64,000 bases of DNA from Myxococcota bacterium (GCA_963676915.2 CAXXVK010000060.1:128001-192000); one strand, 5' to 3'. Numbered from the stretch's first letter, positions 21,391 through 31,185 are shown. Made by a program: numbers and translations. The notes: generated from the letters alone by a model not told the origin.

Positions 21391-22725
21391 TTATCGTTTG
21401 GTCCGTGGGGAGAATCCCGCCAGATCCATCCAGGTTTTCGCCATCATCGCGGGAGCCAGACCGGGTTCCACCGCGATTTCACCCAACAATTTGAACACCT
21501 GTCCGGGAGTCAGGTAAAATCGCCGATAGGCTCGTTGGGCCATCAGGGAGCGCAGATCGGAACGCTCCGCCGTGCCACGTTGCGAACAGGCAGCGCCCGG
21601 CCATGGTTCGTACACCGAATAATGCGCCAGATCCAAGCCCAGCTTTCGAGACATTCGTACGGTGTAGGTGTCGTCCGCTAGTGTAGCATCCGGCAGACCG
21701 AGCAGAAAATATCCGGTGACCGTCATTCTCGAACGATGGGCCGCCTCCACGAGACGCCGGATGAGGTCCGGTTCGTGTCGCCAAGCCGCGTCCACTGTAT
21801 CGTGGGGAACTCCCAGGGTTTCGATTCCCAACGCGATCCGTCGGCAACCGGACGCCGCCATGGAGGGAAACAAGCCGGGGTCCAATTCTCTGGGGCGTAC
21901 GCCGTTGACGAGTTCCCAAACGAGAGGCGGTGTTTCCTTCAGAAGTTCCTCGCACAACTCGGCCACTTTTTCGGGGCGAGCCGCAAAGGCGTCGTCTTCG
22001 AAATGAACGGCCTGTATACCGTAACGACTTGAAAGAACACGCATTTCATCGGCGACAGCCGCCGAGGAACGATAGGCGATGGTCTGGTTTCGGATGGCCG
22101 GAACGGGACAATGACAACAGGTGGAGAGACAACCCCGGCTGAAAAACGAGGCGGTGAAAGGAAGCGCTACGCTTCGATACGCCCAGCCATAACGCATGAG
22201 CGGAAGAAACTCACGATCCGGCGGGTCCAGGTGTTCCAGATCCGTTTCCAGGTGAATACCTCCCTCTTCGCGGATCAGGCCATCTTCCATCCAAACCACA
22301 CCATTGGGAGCATCCCTGCCTTGCAGAAAGTCGAGCGCTCGGACGACGACCCGTTCGGGATCGCCACGAATCACGAGATTCGCGCCCGTGGCGACGAGGG
22401 AATTTTCGGGTTCGAGCGTGGGAGTATCCCCGACGAGCACCACCGGCAGATCGGGACGCAATACCTTCAGTCTGCGGACCAAAGATGCGGTTTGATCGAG
22501 TTGAAAGTGGGTGACCGAAAGAATGGCCACCCGGATCGTTTCCTTTTGGGCGATGTGCAACACACGGGCGAAGAAATCGAAATCAAGGTCTGACCCGATC
22601 ACATGCCACCCGGCTTGCTTCAGCACGGATGAAAGGCAAGCCAATCCTAATGGAAACGCCGCCTCGTTGCGCCATCCCGGTTTGATCAGCAGTGCGGTTT
22701 GCCGTTCGTTCACGTCCCCACCCAA
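21391..22725 (-). CDS. B12-binding-domain radical SAM protein
   Basis: PLGLACL cobalamin-binding N-domain; SRGCLSTCCHC; FEDDAF; ALGIET; FLLGLP. Confidence 0.88.
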   Translation of the reverse strand: MGGDVNERQTALLIKPGWRNEAAFPLGLACLSSVLKQAGWHVIGSDLDFDFFARVLHIAQKETIRVAILSVTHFQLDQTASLVRRLKVLRPDLPVVLVGDTPTLEPENSLVATGANLVIRGDPERVVVRALDFLQGRDAPNGVVWMEDGLIREEGGIHLETDLEHLDPPDREFLPLMRYGWAYRSVALPFTASFFSRGCLSTCCHCPVPAIRNQTIAYRSSAAVADEMRVLSSRYGIQAVHFEDDAFAARPEKVAELCEELLKETPPLVWELVNGVRPRELDPGLFPSMAASGCRRIALGIETLGVPHDTVDAAWRHEPDLIRRLVEAAHRSRMTVTGYFLLGLPDATLADDTYTVRMSRKLGLDLAHYSVYEPWPGAACSQRGTAERSDLRSLMAQRAYRRFYLTPGQVFKLLGEIAVEPGLAPAMMAKTWMDLAGFSPRTKR

Positions 22726-22759
22726 AGAAGATTCGAAAATATCGTTACAGCGTCAGTTT

Positions 22760-22823
22760 GCGGTCGGGCAAATTTTTTGCCCGACATTGCCGAAGTGTCG
22801 GGCTAGAAATTAGCCCGACCTAC
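22760..22823. repeat. Compact REPIN: inverted pair of REP family 1
   Basis: GCGGTCGGGCAAATTTTTTGCCCGACA-TTGCCGAAG-TGTCGGGCTAGAAATTAGCCCGACCTAC. Confidence 0.85.
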
Positions 22824-22887
22824 TATTTACTGTGCAACAGATTGAAAACACAACGTTTTTACCCTTTGTGCGTAACGTTGTGACAGC

Positions 22888-23430
22888 CTAGAATTCCCAA
22901 ACCAGTTTCAGAGCCAGATCCAAAAAAATCGGGGTATCGGGAAAGTCGGTGACAAGGTAATGGTACCTCGCCGAGCCGCCCAAAGCCCAGGTTTCGCCGA
23001 AAAAATAATGCAGATCGAAGCTGGTTCGAATGCCGAAATCCGTCCGCCACTGGTCCGTCAATCCCGAATGACTCAGGTACGGACCCAAAGCCAGCCCGAA
23101 CGAAGGCACGATGGGCAGACGATCGAACTCGTACTGTACGCCCAACGTCGAATCGATGAAGTGCACCTGCTTGTCATTTCGCACGCCGAACCCGGCATAT
23201 TGCAGATCGAGCCGAAGCTGCGCCTGGTTCCAGAAGCGCCAGGCTCCTCCACCGGTCAACGACAGCCCGCCGTAATCTCGTTCCTGCTGGCGCAGCCACG
23301 AAAAACCGGGACGAACGTCCAGTTGCCATTCGCTGTCCGGGTTCATGGCGTGGGCCGATGTCGGCACCCATAACAAGCCAAGGATGACCCAAACCAGCAG
23401 GAAAAGAATGGTTTTTTCGGTTTTCCACAT
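22888..23430 (-). CDS. Outer-membrane beta-barrel protein
   Basis: Signal peptide (AHA), amphipathic beta strands, C-terminal Phe. Confidence 0.75.
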   Translation of the reverse strand: MWKTEKTILFLLVWVILGLLWVPTSAHAMNPDSEWQLDVRPGFSWLRQQERDYGGLSLTGGGAWRFWNQAQLRLDLQYAGFGVRNDKQVHFIDSTLGVQYEFDRLPIVPSFGLALGPYLSHSGLTDQWRTDFGIRTSFDLHYFFGETWALGGSARYHYLVTDFPDTPIFLDLALKLVWEF

Positions 23431-23533
23431 CGGATGCTTGCCCTTTCCCTTTCAACCTATGCTCTGCATGGAGAAGTTGCAAGCAACTTGTGGGTTTCGT
23501 GGCGAAAAGGATGGAATGAAAGTCCGCTTCGTT

Positions 23534-24694
23534 TTACGAATCCTTGTTTTCACCTGCCGCTTTGTTTTGCTGTTGTTTGCGGGCTTGTTCGCACATCAGG
23601 TAGGCGCAACGGTGGGGATCGGAACGGGTGTTTTCGTACAAATGCAGCGCTCCGCCGTGGCAGCGATCGAAGACTTTGCACGAGCTGCAGACGCCTTTTT
23701 TCATCCAGGAACGATCCCGCATGACCTGGTAGCGGTTTTCCCAGACGACCCTGAAACTTTCCTTTCGGATGTCGCCCTGGTCGAAACAATCGCTGATTTC
23801 CGGGCAGGCTCCGATTTTGCCGTTGTGCTTGATGCCACCCACCGTGATACCAGCCCGACACTGGCAGTGGTAGGGACGCACGAGAGTTTCAAACTCGCCG
23901 ACGTAACCTTCCTCGCAGTATTCGGGGATGGGTTTACGGCGATCTTGCCGGGCGGTTTTGATGTACTCCAGGAGGTAGCGCAGGTCTTCTTCGTCGAGCA
24001 ACAGATCTTCGCGCCTGGCGGCCCGACCGATGGGAATTACCGTAGCCAGCCGCCACAACGGAACTTTTAGCGAAGCCACGTAGCGACGCATATCGTCCAG
24101 AGAGGTCAGAGCCGGTTTGGTGACGGTCGAAAGAATCTCCAGTTTGCCTTTGTACCCGGCATTTTGCAGGTTTTTGACCGCCTGTTCCACCTTGGCCGAC
24201 ACCCCTTTGCCGCGCAGCCTATCGTTGATTTCGGGCAAAGCGTCCATCGAGAGCGAAATCGACCCCAGTTTGCTCGCCACGATCCGCCGGGCGGCCTCTT
24301 CGTCGAGCAACTGCCCGTTCGACACCATGCCGAACCGAAATCCCAACTCCCCCAGCAGGTCGAGCAGGTCGAATATCCCCTCTTTCAGCAGCGGTTCGCC
24401 GCCGGTGATGGCGATCATCACCTGTTTCGCAGGAAATTCCCGAGCGATTCGGCGAACGACATCCATCCACTCGTCGATGGTGAGTTCGTTTTTCCAGGCT
24501 TCGGGCGTGCAACTGCTGCCGCAATAGGCACAAGCCAGATTACAGCGGCGGGAGATTTCGAGAAACAGGTATTGTAGGGGATGGCGGTGGCATAAATCTT
24601 CCAGCCGCTTGGCCTGCTTTTTCCATTCGAGGTATTCCGAAAAACGCTCTGAAAGGGACATGGTTTCACTCGTTCGTTTGAAGAATCGATGCAC
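23534..24694 (-). CDS. Radical SAM/SPASM-domain protein (rSAM/lipoprotein-system-like)
   Basis: HPLQYLFLEISRRCNLACAYCGSSC; ITGGEPLL; SPASM CRAG...GKIGACP...CSSC...CHGG...C. Confidence 0.9.
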   Translation of the reverse strand: MHRFFKRTSETMSLSERFSEYLEWKKQAKRLEDLCHRHPLQYLFLEISRRCNLACAYCGSSCTPEAWKNELTIDEWMDVVRRIAREFPAKQVMIAITGGEPLLKEGIFDLLDLLGELGFRFGMVSNGQLLDEEAARRIVASKLGSISLSMDALPEINDRLRGKGVSAKVEQAVKNLQNAGYKGKLEILSTVTKPALTSLDDMRRYVASLKVPLWRLATVIPIGRAARREDLLLDEEDLRYLLEYIKTARQDRRKPIPEYCEEGYVGEFETLVRPYHCQCRAGITVGGIKHNGKIGACPEISDCFDQGDIRKESFRVVWENRYQVMRDRSWMKKGVCSSCKVFDRCHGGALHLYENTRSDPHRCAYLMCEQARKQQQNKAAGENKDS

Positions 24695-24903
24695 GCTACC
24701 ACATTTTTAGACGAAGGCCAACCGTCGGATTCTTCATGGAATGATCCGACTACATTGTAGAAGGTGAATGAAATAGGGGGAAAGCTGAGGTTTTTTACAA
24801 AACGACGATTCAAACCGTAGCCGGGCTAGAAATTTGATCGACTTTGTGACGGTTCACTGCTTGGATCAATCTCTTTTTAGTTTAAAGAAATCATAGTTGT
24901 CTA

Positions 24904-25770
24904 GACAGTGTCGACACGAGAAAACGATTTATCTGGACAAAATCCTCGGCTTCTCGATATATTTCTATTTACTAGAATATATCGAGAGGAATTACCATGG
25001 AAGCTGCCTACCATCGTCACGATATTTCCGATCACGTATGGAATCTCCTGGAACCCCATCTACCTGGACGCTCCGGCGAGTGGGGAGGCGTGGCGGAAGA
25101 CAATCGACGATTCATCAATGCTGTTTTCTGGATTCTGCGTACCGGTGCGCCGTGGCGTGACCTACCCCCGGATTACGGTGGCTGGAACAACACGAACCGT
25201 CGTTTTTGCCGATGGCGCGACAAGGGAATCTGGGAGAAATTGCTTGAGATCCTCATTGACGATCCCGACTACGAATGGTTGATGATCGACGCCAGCCACG
25301 TCAAAGTGCATCCTGACGCCGCAGGAGCGAAGGGTGGCAATCAAGCGATGGGCCGTACAAAAGGGGGCTCAACAGTAAGATACATTTGGCCGTGGATGCG
25401 CATGGTAATCCAGTCCGAGCGATTGTTACAGAGGGTACCCGAGCAGATTGCAAGGAAGCTTGCGCATTGATCGAAGGAATCGACGCCGAGTATTTATTGG
25501 CTGATCGCGGCTACGATACGAACGTGATCCTTGAAAAAGCCGAAAACGCGGAGATGGTGGCAGTCATTCCTCCGAAAAAGAATCGGAAAGTTCAACGACC
25601 ATACGATAAAGAGCTTTATCGTGTTCGACATCTGGTCGAAAACGCTTTTCTGAAACTGAAACGATGGCGAGGAATCGCTACACGATACGCAAAAAACGCG
25701 GCATCTTTCCTCGCAGCCGTTCATATCAGATGTCTCGCTCTCTGGCTTGATATCTCGTGACGACACTGCC
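24904..25770 (+). mobile_element. IS5-family insertion sequence (IS427-like), 867 bp
   Basis: TIRs GACAGTGTCGACACGAGA / revcomp GGCAGTGTCGTCACGAGA; TA duplicated at 24902-24903 and 25771-25772. Confidence 0.92.
24997..25760 (+). CDS. IS5-family transposase (two ORFs joined by a -1 shift at AAAAGGGGG, 25359-25367)
   Basis: WILRTGAPWRDLP, MIDAS, GRTKGG|LNSKIHLAVD, LADRGYD, RHLVENAFLKLKRWRGIATRY. Confidence 0.92.
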
Positions 25771-26265
25771 TAATTTACGTACAATTGCTGGATCAAAACG
25801 TTCTCCAGAAACTTCTTCCATCAGTTGCACATAAGAACCGTAGTTAAGCACTCTGTATTTCGCAACATCGGTAGGTGGGTTTTGGATGTTCACACTGTTG
25901 AAAGCTGGGCAATGAGCATGAATCAGCAATCCTTCAGCAACTGAAATAAGCGTTGCCCATTCTTCATTGGTCAGATCTTTACTTCCATCAACCAGTAACC
26001 GGCCAATGTAAATTTCCAAATTGCATGGATCTGAAGTCCAATCATGAAGATCATGTTGTATCAATCTCTGTCGAAACGTTTGATCACAGGCTTTCCCGAT
26101 GTATAAAAGAACATTTCGACCATAAATAGGATGCGAGCCATATATTTGGTAAACGCCTCTTGCTGTTTCGCTATTGGTAAGTTGTTCAATTTCTGGGATA
26201 TCTTCTCCGAATAACTTGAATGGACCTCTCCAACCGAGACGAATTGAAATAAGTTTTTCACACAT
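25726..26265 (-). CDS. GIY-YIG nuclease-like protein, AT-rich; 3' end interrupted by the IS
   Basis: GVYQIYG...LLYIGKA, FRQRL, AEGLLI, PAFN; the last ~15 codons read into the IS end. Confidence 0.7.
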   Translation of the reverse strand: MCEKLISIRLGWRGPFKLFGEDIPEIEQLTNSETARGVYQIYGSHPIYGRNVLLYIGKACDQTFRQRLIQHDLHDWTSDPCNLEIYIGRLLVDGSKDLTNEEWATLISVAEGLLIHAHCPAFNSVNIQNPPTDVAKYRVLNYGSYVQLMEEVSGERFDPAIVRKLGSVVTRYQARERDI

Positions 26266-26299
26266 TTTGGTCCCCTTTAAACCAACCCCCGCCCCCGAC

Positions 26300-26464
26300 C
26301 TAAAACAGCGTGTAGATAAACGGGGCCGAGGCTTGGCTTGTGGCGACGAGCAGAGCGATCAGACCGAGCAGCAAGCCTAGCGGAACCATCCAGTAGACCT
26401 TGTTTTCCTTGGCGAAATCCCAGAATTCTTTCAGCAATTTTCCGCTATACCCCAGTTTGCCCAT
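26300..26464 (-). CDS. DUF5989 / SxtK-like small membrane protein
   Basis: LKEFWDF...KVYW..P...APFIYTLF C-terminal signature. Confidence 0.85.
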   Translation of the reverse strand: MGKLGYSGKLLKEFWDFAKENKVYWMVPLGLLLGLIALLVATSQASAPFIYTLF

Positions 26465-26522
26465 CGTCCTTGTCCTTACTTTCGACCCGGTGTTGCCGGG
26501 TTCGGATGTCTCGCCGTGGCGG

Positions 26523-28355
26523 TCAGTCCAATTCGAATTCGCTGCGCCAGTCTTTCTTTTCCTGCCATTGGGGCTGGCGCGATTTTTCCAGCAGGAACGA
26601 GCCGAGCACCAGATCGTCCATTTCGGTGCGCATGAAACAGCGGTAGGCGTCCTCCGGAGTGCAGACGATCGGTTCACCCCGTACGTTGAAGCTCGTGTTG
26701 ATCACGATACCATATCCCGTGCGTTTTTCGAAAGCCCGAATCAAGGCATGGTACCGGGGATGGGTTTCGGCGCTGACGGTCTGCACCCGCGCCGAGTGGT
26801 CTACATGCGTGATGGCGGGGATATCCGAGCGCGGACGGTTCACCCATTGCAGCAGGTCGTCGGTACGCGGCGGTTCTTCCTCACCGGCCCAGCGGTCCCG
26901 GCGCACGTCGGCCACAAGCAGCATGTAGGGCGAGGGACGATCCAACTCGAAGAAATCGCTTACGCGCTCGACGAGGCAACTTGGCGCAAAGGGCCGGAAC
27001 GACTCGCGATACTTGATTTTCAGGTTCATGATCGACTGCATTTTTTCAGACCGCGCATCGCCGATGATCGAGCGTGCCCCCAGCGCTCGGGGACCGAACT
27101 CCATACGCCCGGTGAACAAACCCAATACATGTTGCTTGTCGATCACCTCGGCCAGCCGGTCCGCCCAGTGCTCTTCCGACAACCGTTCGTAAGGATATCC
27201 CTTTGATTTCAAATAGCTTTCGATGGCGTCATCCGAAAATTCCGGGCCAAGATAACTGCCTCGCATGGCGTCGTGAACGCCGTCCGTCTCGCGGGGAATG
27301 TCGTGCAGGTTGTGGGCCACGGCCAGCGCAGCACCCAGCGCGCCTCCGGCATCGCCTGCCGCCGGTTGAATCCATATGTCCTCGAAAATCCCCGAACGCA
27401 GCAGTTTTCCGTTCGCCACGCAGTTAAGCGCCACACCTCCCGCCATACAAAGATGCTTCATTCCGGTCGTTTCTCGCGCATGTCGCGCCATTCTGAGCAC
27501 GATCTCTTCGGTCACTTCTTGAATCGAGCGGGCGAGATCCATTTCTCGGCGGGTGATCGGCGTCTCCGGTTTGCGGGGCGGTCCGTCGAAAAGTTTTGCG
27601 AAACGACGGTTGGTCATCCGTAGGCCGTCGAGGTAGCCGAAGTAATCGAGATTCATTCGGAACGAGCCGTCCTCTTTGAGATCGATCAGCTTGTCCAGAA
27701 TCACATCTTTGTAGGTCGGTTCACCGTAAGGAGCAAGACCCATCAGCTTGTATTCGCCTGAATTGACACGAAAACCGGTAAAGTAGGTAAAAGCCGAATA
27801 CAGCAGTCCGAGCGAGTGGGGAAAACGCAATTCTTTTAGAATTTCCAAGCGGTTGCCACGTCCGACCGCCAAGGTGGAGGTGGCCCACTCACCTACGCCG
27901 TCCACTGTCAAGACCGCCGCTTCGCGAAACGGCGACGGGAAAAAAGCGCTGGCGGCGTGGGATTCGTGATGTTCGGGAAAATACAGTTTTTCGGGCATGG
28001 AAACGCCCGCCCGCTTCAGCGCGTTTTCGATCTCCACCGGAATCCAGAGCTTTTGTTTGATCCACAACGGCAAAGCCTTGAGATAGGGGCGAAGGCTCCA
28101 GGGCGCGGTTCCGAAATGGGTTTCGATGATACGGTGGAATTTGATCAGCGGCTTGTCGTAAAAGGCCACGGCGTCCAGTTGATCGGGACCGACGCCGCCT
28201 TCAGCCAGGCAATAGCGAATGGCGTGGATCGGGAACGAATGGTCGTGCTTGACGCGAGTGAAACGCTCTTCCTGCGCGGCGGCGACGATCCGCGCCCCGT
28301 CGAGCAGACAGGCGGCGGAATCGTGATAAAACGCGCTGATCCCGAGAATTTTCAT
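26523..28355 (-). CDS. NodU/CmcH-family carbamoyltransferase
   Basis: ILGISAFYHDSAA, QEERFTR, EHHESHAASAF, AGGVALN, EFGPRALG, NTSFNVRGEPIV. Confidence 0.95.
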   Translation of the reverse strand: MKILGISAFYHDSAACLLDGARIVAAAQEERFTRVKHDHSFPIHAIRYCLAEGGVGPDQLDAVAFYDKPLIKFHRIIETHFGTAPWSLRPYLKALPLWIKQKLWIPVEIENALKRAGVSMPEKLYFPEHHESHAASAFFPSPFREAAVLTVDGVGEWATSTLAVGRGNRLEILKELRFPHSLGLLYSAFTYFTGFRVNSGEYKLMGLAPYGEPTYKDVILDKLIDLKEDGSFRMNLDYFGYLDGLRMTNRRFAKLFDGPPRKPETPITRREMDLARSIQEVTEEIVLRMARHARETTGMKHLCMAGGVALNCVANGKLLRSGIFEDIWIQPAAGDAGGALGAALAVAHNLHDIPRETDGVHDAMRGSYLGPEFSDDAIESYLKSKGYPYERLSEEHWADRLAEVIDKQHVLGLFTGRMEFGPRALGARSIIGDARSEKMQSIMNLKIKYRESFRPFAPSCLVERVSDFFELDRPSPYMLLVADVRRDRWAGEEEPPRTDDLLQWVNRPRSDIPAITHVDHSARVQTVSAETHPRYHALIRAFEKRTGYGIVINTSFNVRGEPIVCTPEDAYRCFMRTEMDDLVLGSFLLEKSRQPQWQEKKDWRSEFELD

Positions 28356-28398
28356 AGGTCGCGCCAAGCCTCCATCAAGTGAAACCCTTTGAAATTAC

Positions 28399-28875
28399 TT
28401 AGAATTGACGTTCGTACGAAGATTTTTTGCTGTCTCGTTCACACCAGTAACTTTCCTGGTTTCCGGGAAAGCGTCGGGCCAGTCGGTCGCGGTTTCCCCG
28501 TCGGAACAACAAGCCGAAGGGGAGAAAAAACAGCAGATACAGGGGAATCAGCGTCAGCCATCCGGCCAGCGTTCCCAACAGCCACGCCAAAGCGCCCACC
28601 GCTTTTTCGAACACGGCAAAACCGCTCAGAGGCGACAACAGTCCCAACACCAGCGTCAATCCGGTAAACGCGAAAACGAGGATACCCAAGGTTTCGTGAA
28701 CGAACAGAAACAGCAGCGGGGCGGCGATCACTCCGATGAATCCCTGCACCAGCGCCCGGTTGATCCGTCGGGACTTCAGCTCGCGAACCCGTCGCTTCGC
28801 CGTTCTACCGCTTGGATCCCAGACACTGTAAGAGGCTTCATGGCGATCCGAAGGCTGCTCCGAGGAGGAGGACAC
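28399..28875 (-). CDS. SxtJ-like membrane protein
   Basis: Several TM segments; C-terminal P.GLL.R...D.L......SYW......SYERQF. Confidence 0.65.
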   Translation of the reverse strand: MSSSSEQPSDRHEASYSVWDPSGRTAKRRVRELKSRRINRALVQGFIGVIAAPLLFLFVHETLGILVFAFTGLTLVLGLLSPLSGFAVFEKAVGALAWLLGTLAGWLTLIPLYLLFFLPFGLLFRRGNRDRLARRFPGNQESYWCERDSKKSSYERQF

Positions 28876-28878
28876 CGG

Positions 28879-29460
28879 TTAACTCGCCGGAACTTCTTGG
28901 TACGTGGATTCGGGAAGTTTTTCGAAAGCTTCCTTGCCGTGCTCGAAAATGTAGGTTTTGACCTTTTCCGGCATGGTTTCGGCCTGACGAATCAACTCGA
29001 CGAAGCGGTCATAGCGGCTGACCGCCCGCGAATACCAGGCGCGGGTTTCTTTTTCCACGTAGCGATCGACGATCGGCGAGCTGGCGGCATCGAGCATGTT
29101 CACGGCCTGATTGGCGGCCTGCCATTCCTCCTCGCTGAGATTCTCGCCCAAATCGCGCACGCCCAACATCAAGGTGTCGATCCACTTGGCGAACAGTGCA
29201 GCCACCTGCTTGCGGCCTTCGTTGTCGGCCTTGCTGCGGGCCAACTGAAGGGCGTGAATATTCTCGACTTTTCCGATGCCCTGCACCACGGGAACGGCCT
29301 GGCCGTCTTTGTCTTCCAGGGTGGTGCGGCCACTGGTCATGACGACCCAGGCCGGGCGATTGCCCAGATTATCCGGGATGGTGTTTTTGGTCGTGCAGGA
29401 CGAGGCCAGAAACAGAATCGAAACGAACCAGACGGTCCAGGCGAGTCTCGCGACGCTCAT
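28879..29460 (-). CDS. Lipoprotein (LPP20-like)
   Basis: GAAGGAG RBS; lipobox ASSC; PAWV...VQGIG...LARSKAD..GR. Confidence 0.65.
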   Translation of the reverse strand: MSVARLAWTVWFVSILFLASSCTTKNTIPDNLGNRPAWVVMTSGRTTLEDKDGQAVPVVQGIGKVENIHALQLARSKADNEGRKQVAALFAKWIDTLMLGVRDLGENLSEEEWQAANQAVNMLDAASSPIVDRYVEKETRAWYSRAVSRYDRFVELIRQAETMPEKVKTYIFEHGKEAFEKLPESTYQEVPAS

Positions 29461-29637
29461 GCGGTTTTCTCCTTCGCTGACATCTACGAACATTCATGTA
29501 CGTTGCATTGTAGCCAGACGCCGGGGAAGGTCAAGTCGGGTGACACCGGGACTTGTCACGGAGCGGAATATTCTGTAGTTTCAATGGGCTGGTGATTTCG
29601 ATCGTTTGATGAAAACTTCAACCGGGGCAGAGCCATC

Positions 29638-31185
29638 ATGAATCGAATCTTCTTGTTTTTTGGCTTTTTGATCTGTGGAATTCTCCTTGGATGCGGGGGG
29701 AGCGATACCAGCGGTACGCCATTTTCGAACGAGGAGGGGGATTCGGAATCTTCCGGGTACGAAACGGATGAAGATTTTCCTATGGTACATGGTGACATGG
29801 ACTCGGAGGAACACGAGGCCGTGCTTCCAGGAGATGAAGAGACCGTGGAAAACCTGGATGTTTCGGACGACGACCCGGATCATTTCGAAAACGATTCAAC
29901 CGAAGAGTACGACGAAGCCTTTGAAGCGGAAGAAGCCGAGGAGGCTCTCGAAGTCGAAGCCGACGATTCCGGAGATTTCGCCTGCGACCGCCTCGAATTC
30001 TGCCCGAGTAACCATGTGTGCAACCTGGCGTTGGGACGTTGTGAAAAGCGCAGTACTTATGTTGAAACCGGCAATGAGTTCTTTGACTTCCATCCGAAAA
30101 AGGCGCGGAACGGGGATCTCCTGGTGATCGACGGCCAGGCGTTTTACACCACGTTGATGGGCAATTTCTCGGTCAAAGTCTGGATCGGTCCTACGGAATT
30201 GACGTTTTTGCAATACCTCGCCTGGGACGAAAACCGTCTGCTGGTCCGTATTCCCAACGGCGCTTCGGGAAAAATCGGCGTGCAATGCGAAAACGGGTTC
30301 TTTTTGCAAAGTGCCGAAGATTTCGAGTCGGCTCCCGAAGGCGTGCTTACCTGTGACGATTCCTCACCCCAGGCTCGCGGCGTGGCGGCGGAGTTTCCCA
30401 CGCAAAGCGGTCCGTACGCTCCGGCCTACCTGGATTACACCAACGAAGGCATTCGCGTCTTTTATCCGGCGTCTTGCGGATCGTTGCGAAGACCAGGGGT
30501 TGCGGGAAGTTATCCGCTGGTGACGATTCTGCATGGAAACGGAGCGGGACACGTCAATTACGAATACCTGGGGCAGTTGCTCGCCAGTCGGGGGTTCGTG
30601 GTGATCAATCCGCCCAGTACTCACACCAACCAATACGACGAGGAAGTCATCCGGTTGATCAAAACCACGATCGAGACATTCCACGACCGGGATCTTGGAA
30701 CCATCCATCAGGCACTTTCGGGACTTTCCACCAATGGCGATCTGGGCTTCATCTGTCATTCAAGGGGCTGTGGCCGCGAGCAGGAATTGCTCGGCGATTA
30801 TCCAAGCCTTGCCGCCGATACTCTGGCCTCGGTTTATTTGGGACCGGTGGGCAACAATGATGTGGTTCCGGGCGCGATCATGGTGTTCGGTGGAACCGTG
30901 GACGGTCAGAGTTTTGCAAGCTACTACAACGGCGATTACCAACGACAGTCCGCGCCGAAATGGAAGATCGAAATCCAGGGAGGCAATCACAGCTTGTTCG
31001 CCGATGCGAAAACCTATTCGACCATGGACGGCGTCCCCTCGGTTTCACGCCAGAGACAGCTTGCAATCACGGCATCGTTCGCCATTCCATTCATGGAGCG
31101 AGCTTTCGGAAAAATCGAAAATCACGCCGAATGGCTTGATAACCCGCCCGCCAGCTCGCATTACACCGTTGAATCGGACCCGTAA
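29638..31185 (+). CDS. Lipoprotein: acidic linker, Cys-rich module, IPT-like domain, alpha/beta hydrolase (chlorophyllase-like)
   Basis: Lipobox LLGC; YPLVTILHG, LASRGFVV, nucleophile CHSRG, GTVDG, GGNHSLF. Confidence 0.78.
   Translation: MNRIFLFFGFLICGILLGCGGSDTSGTPFSNEEGDSESSGYETDEDFPMVHGDMDSEEHEAVLPGDEETVENLDVSDDDPDHFENDSTEEYDEAFEAEEAEEALEVEADDSGDFACDRLEFCPSNHVCNLALGRCEKRSTYVETGNEFFDFHPKKARNGDLLVIDGQAFYTTLMGNFSVKVWIGPTELTFLQYLAWDENRLLVRIPNGASGKIGVQCENGFFLQSAEDFESAPEGVLTCDDSSPQARGVAAEFPTQSGPYAPAYLDYTNEGIRVFYPASCGSLRRPGVAGSYPLVTILHGNGAGHVNYEYLGQLLASRGFVVINPPSTHTNQYDEEVIRLIKTTIETFHDRDLGTIHQALSGLSTNGDLGFICHSRGCGREQELLGDYPSLAADTLASVYLGPVGNNDVVPGAIMVFGGTVDGQSFASYYNGDYQRQSAPKWKIEIQGGNHSLFADAKTYSTMDGVPSVSRQRQLAITASFAIPFMERAFGKIENHAEWLDNPPASSHYTVESDP

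Noticed and set aside
26300-28875. Saxitoxin biosynthetic cluster
   Set aside because: Only the widespread sxtI/J/K-like triad is present; no sxtA, sxtG or other core genes
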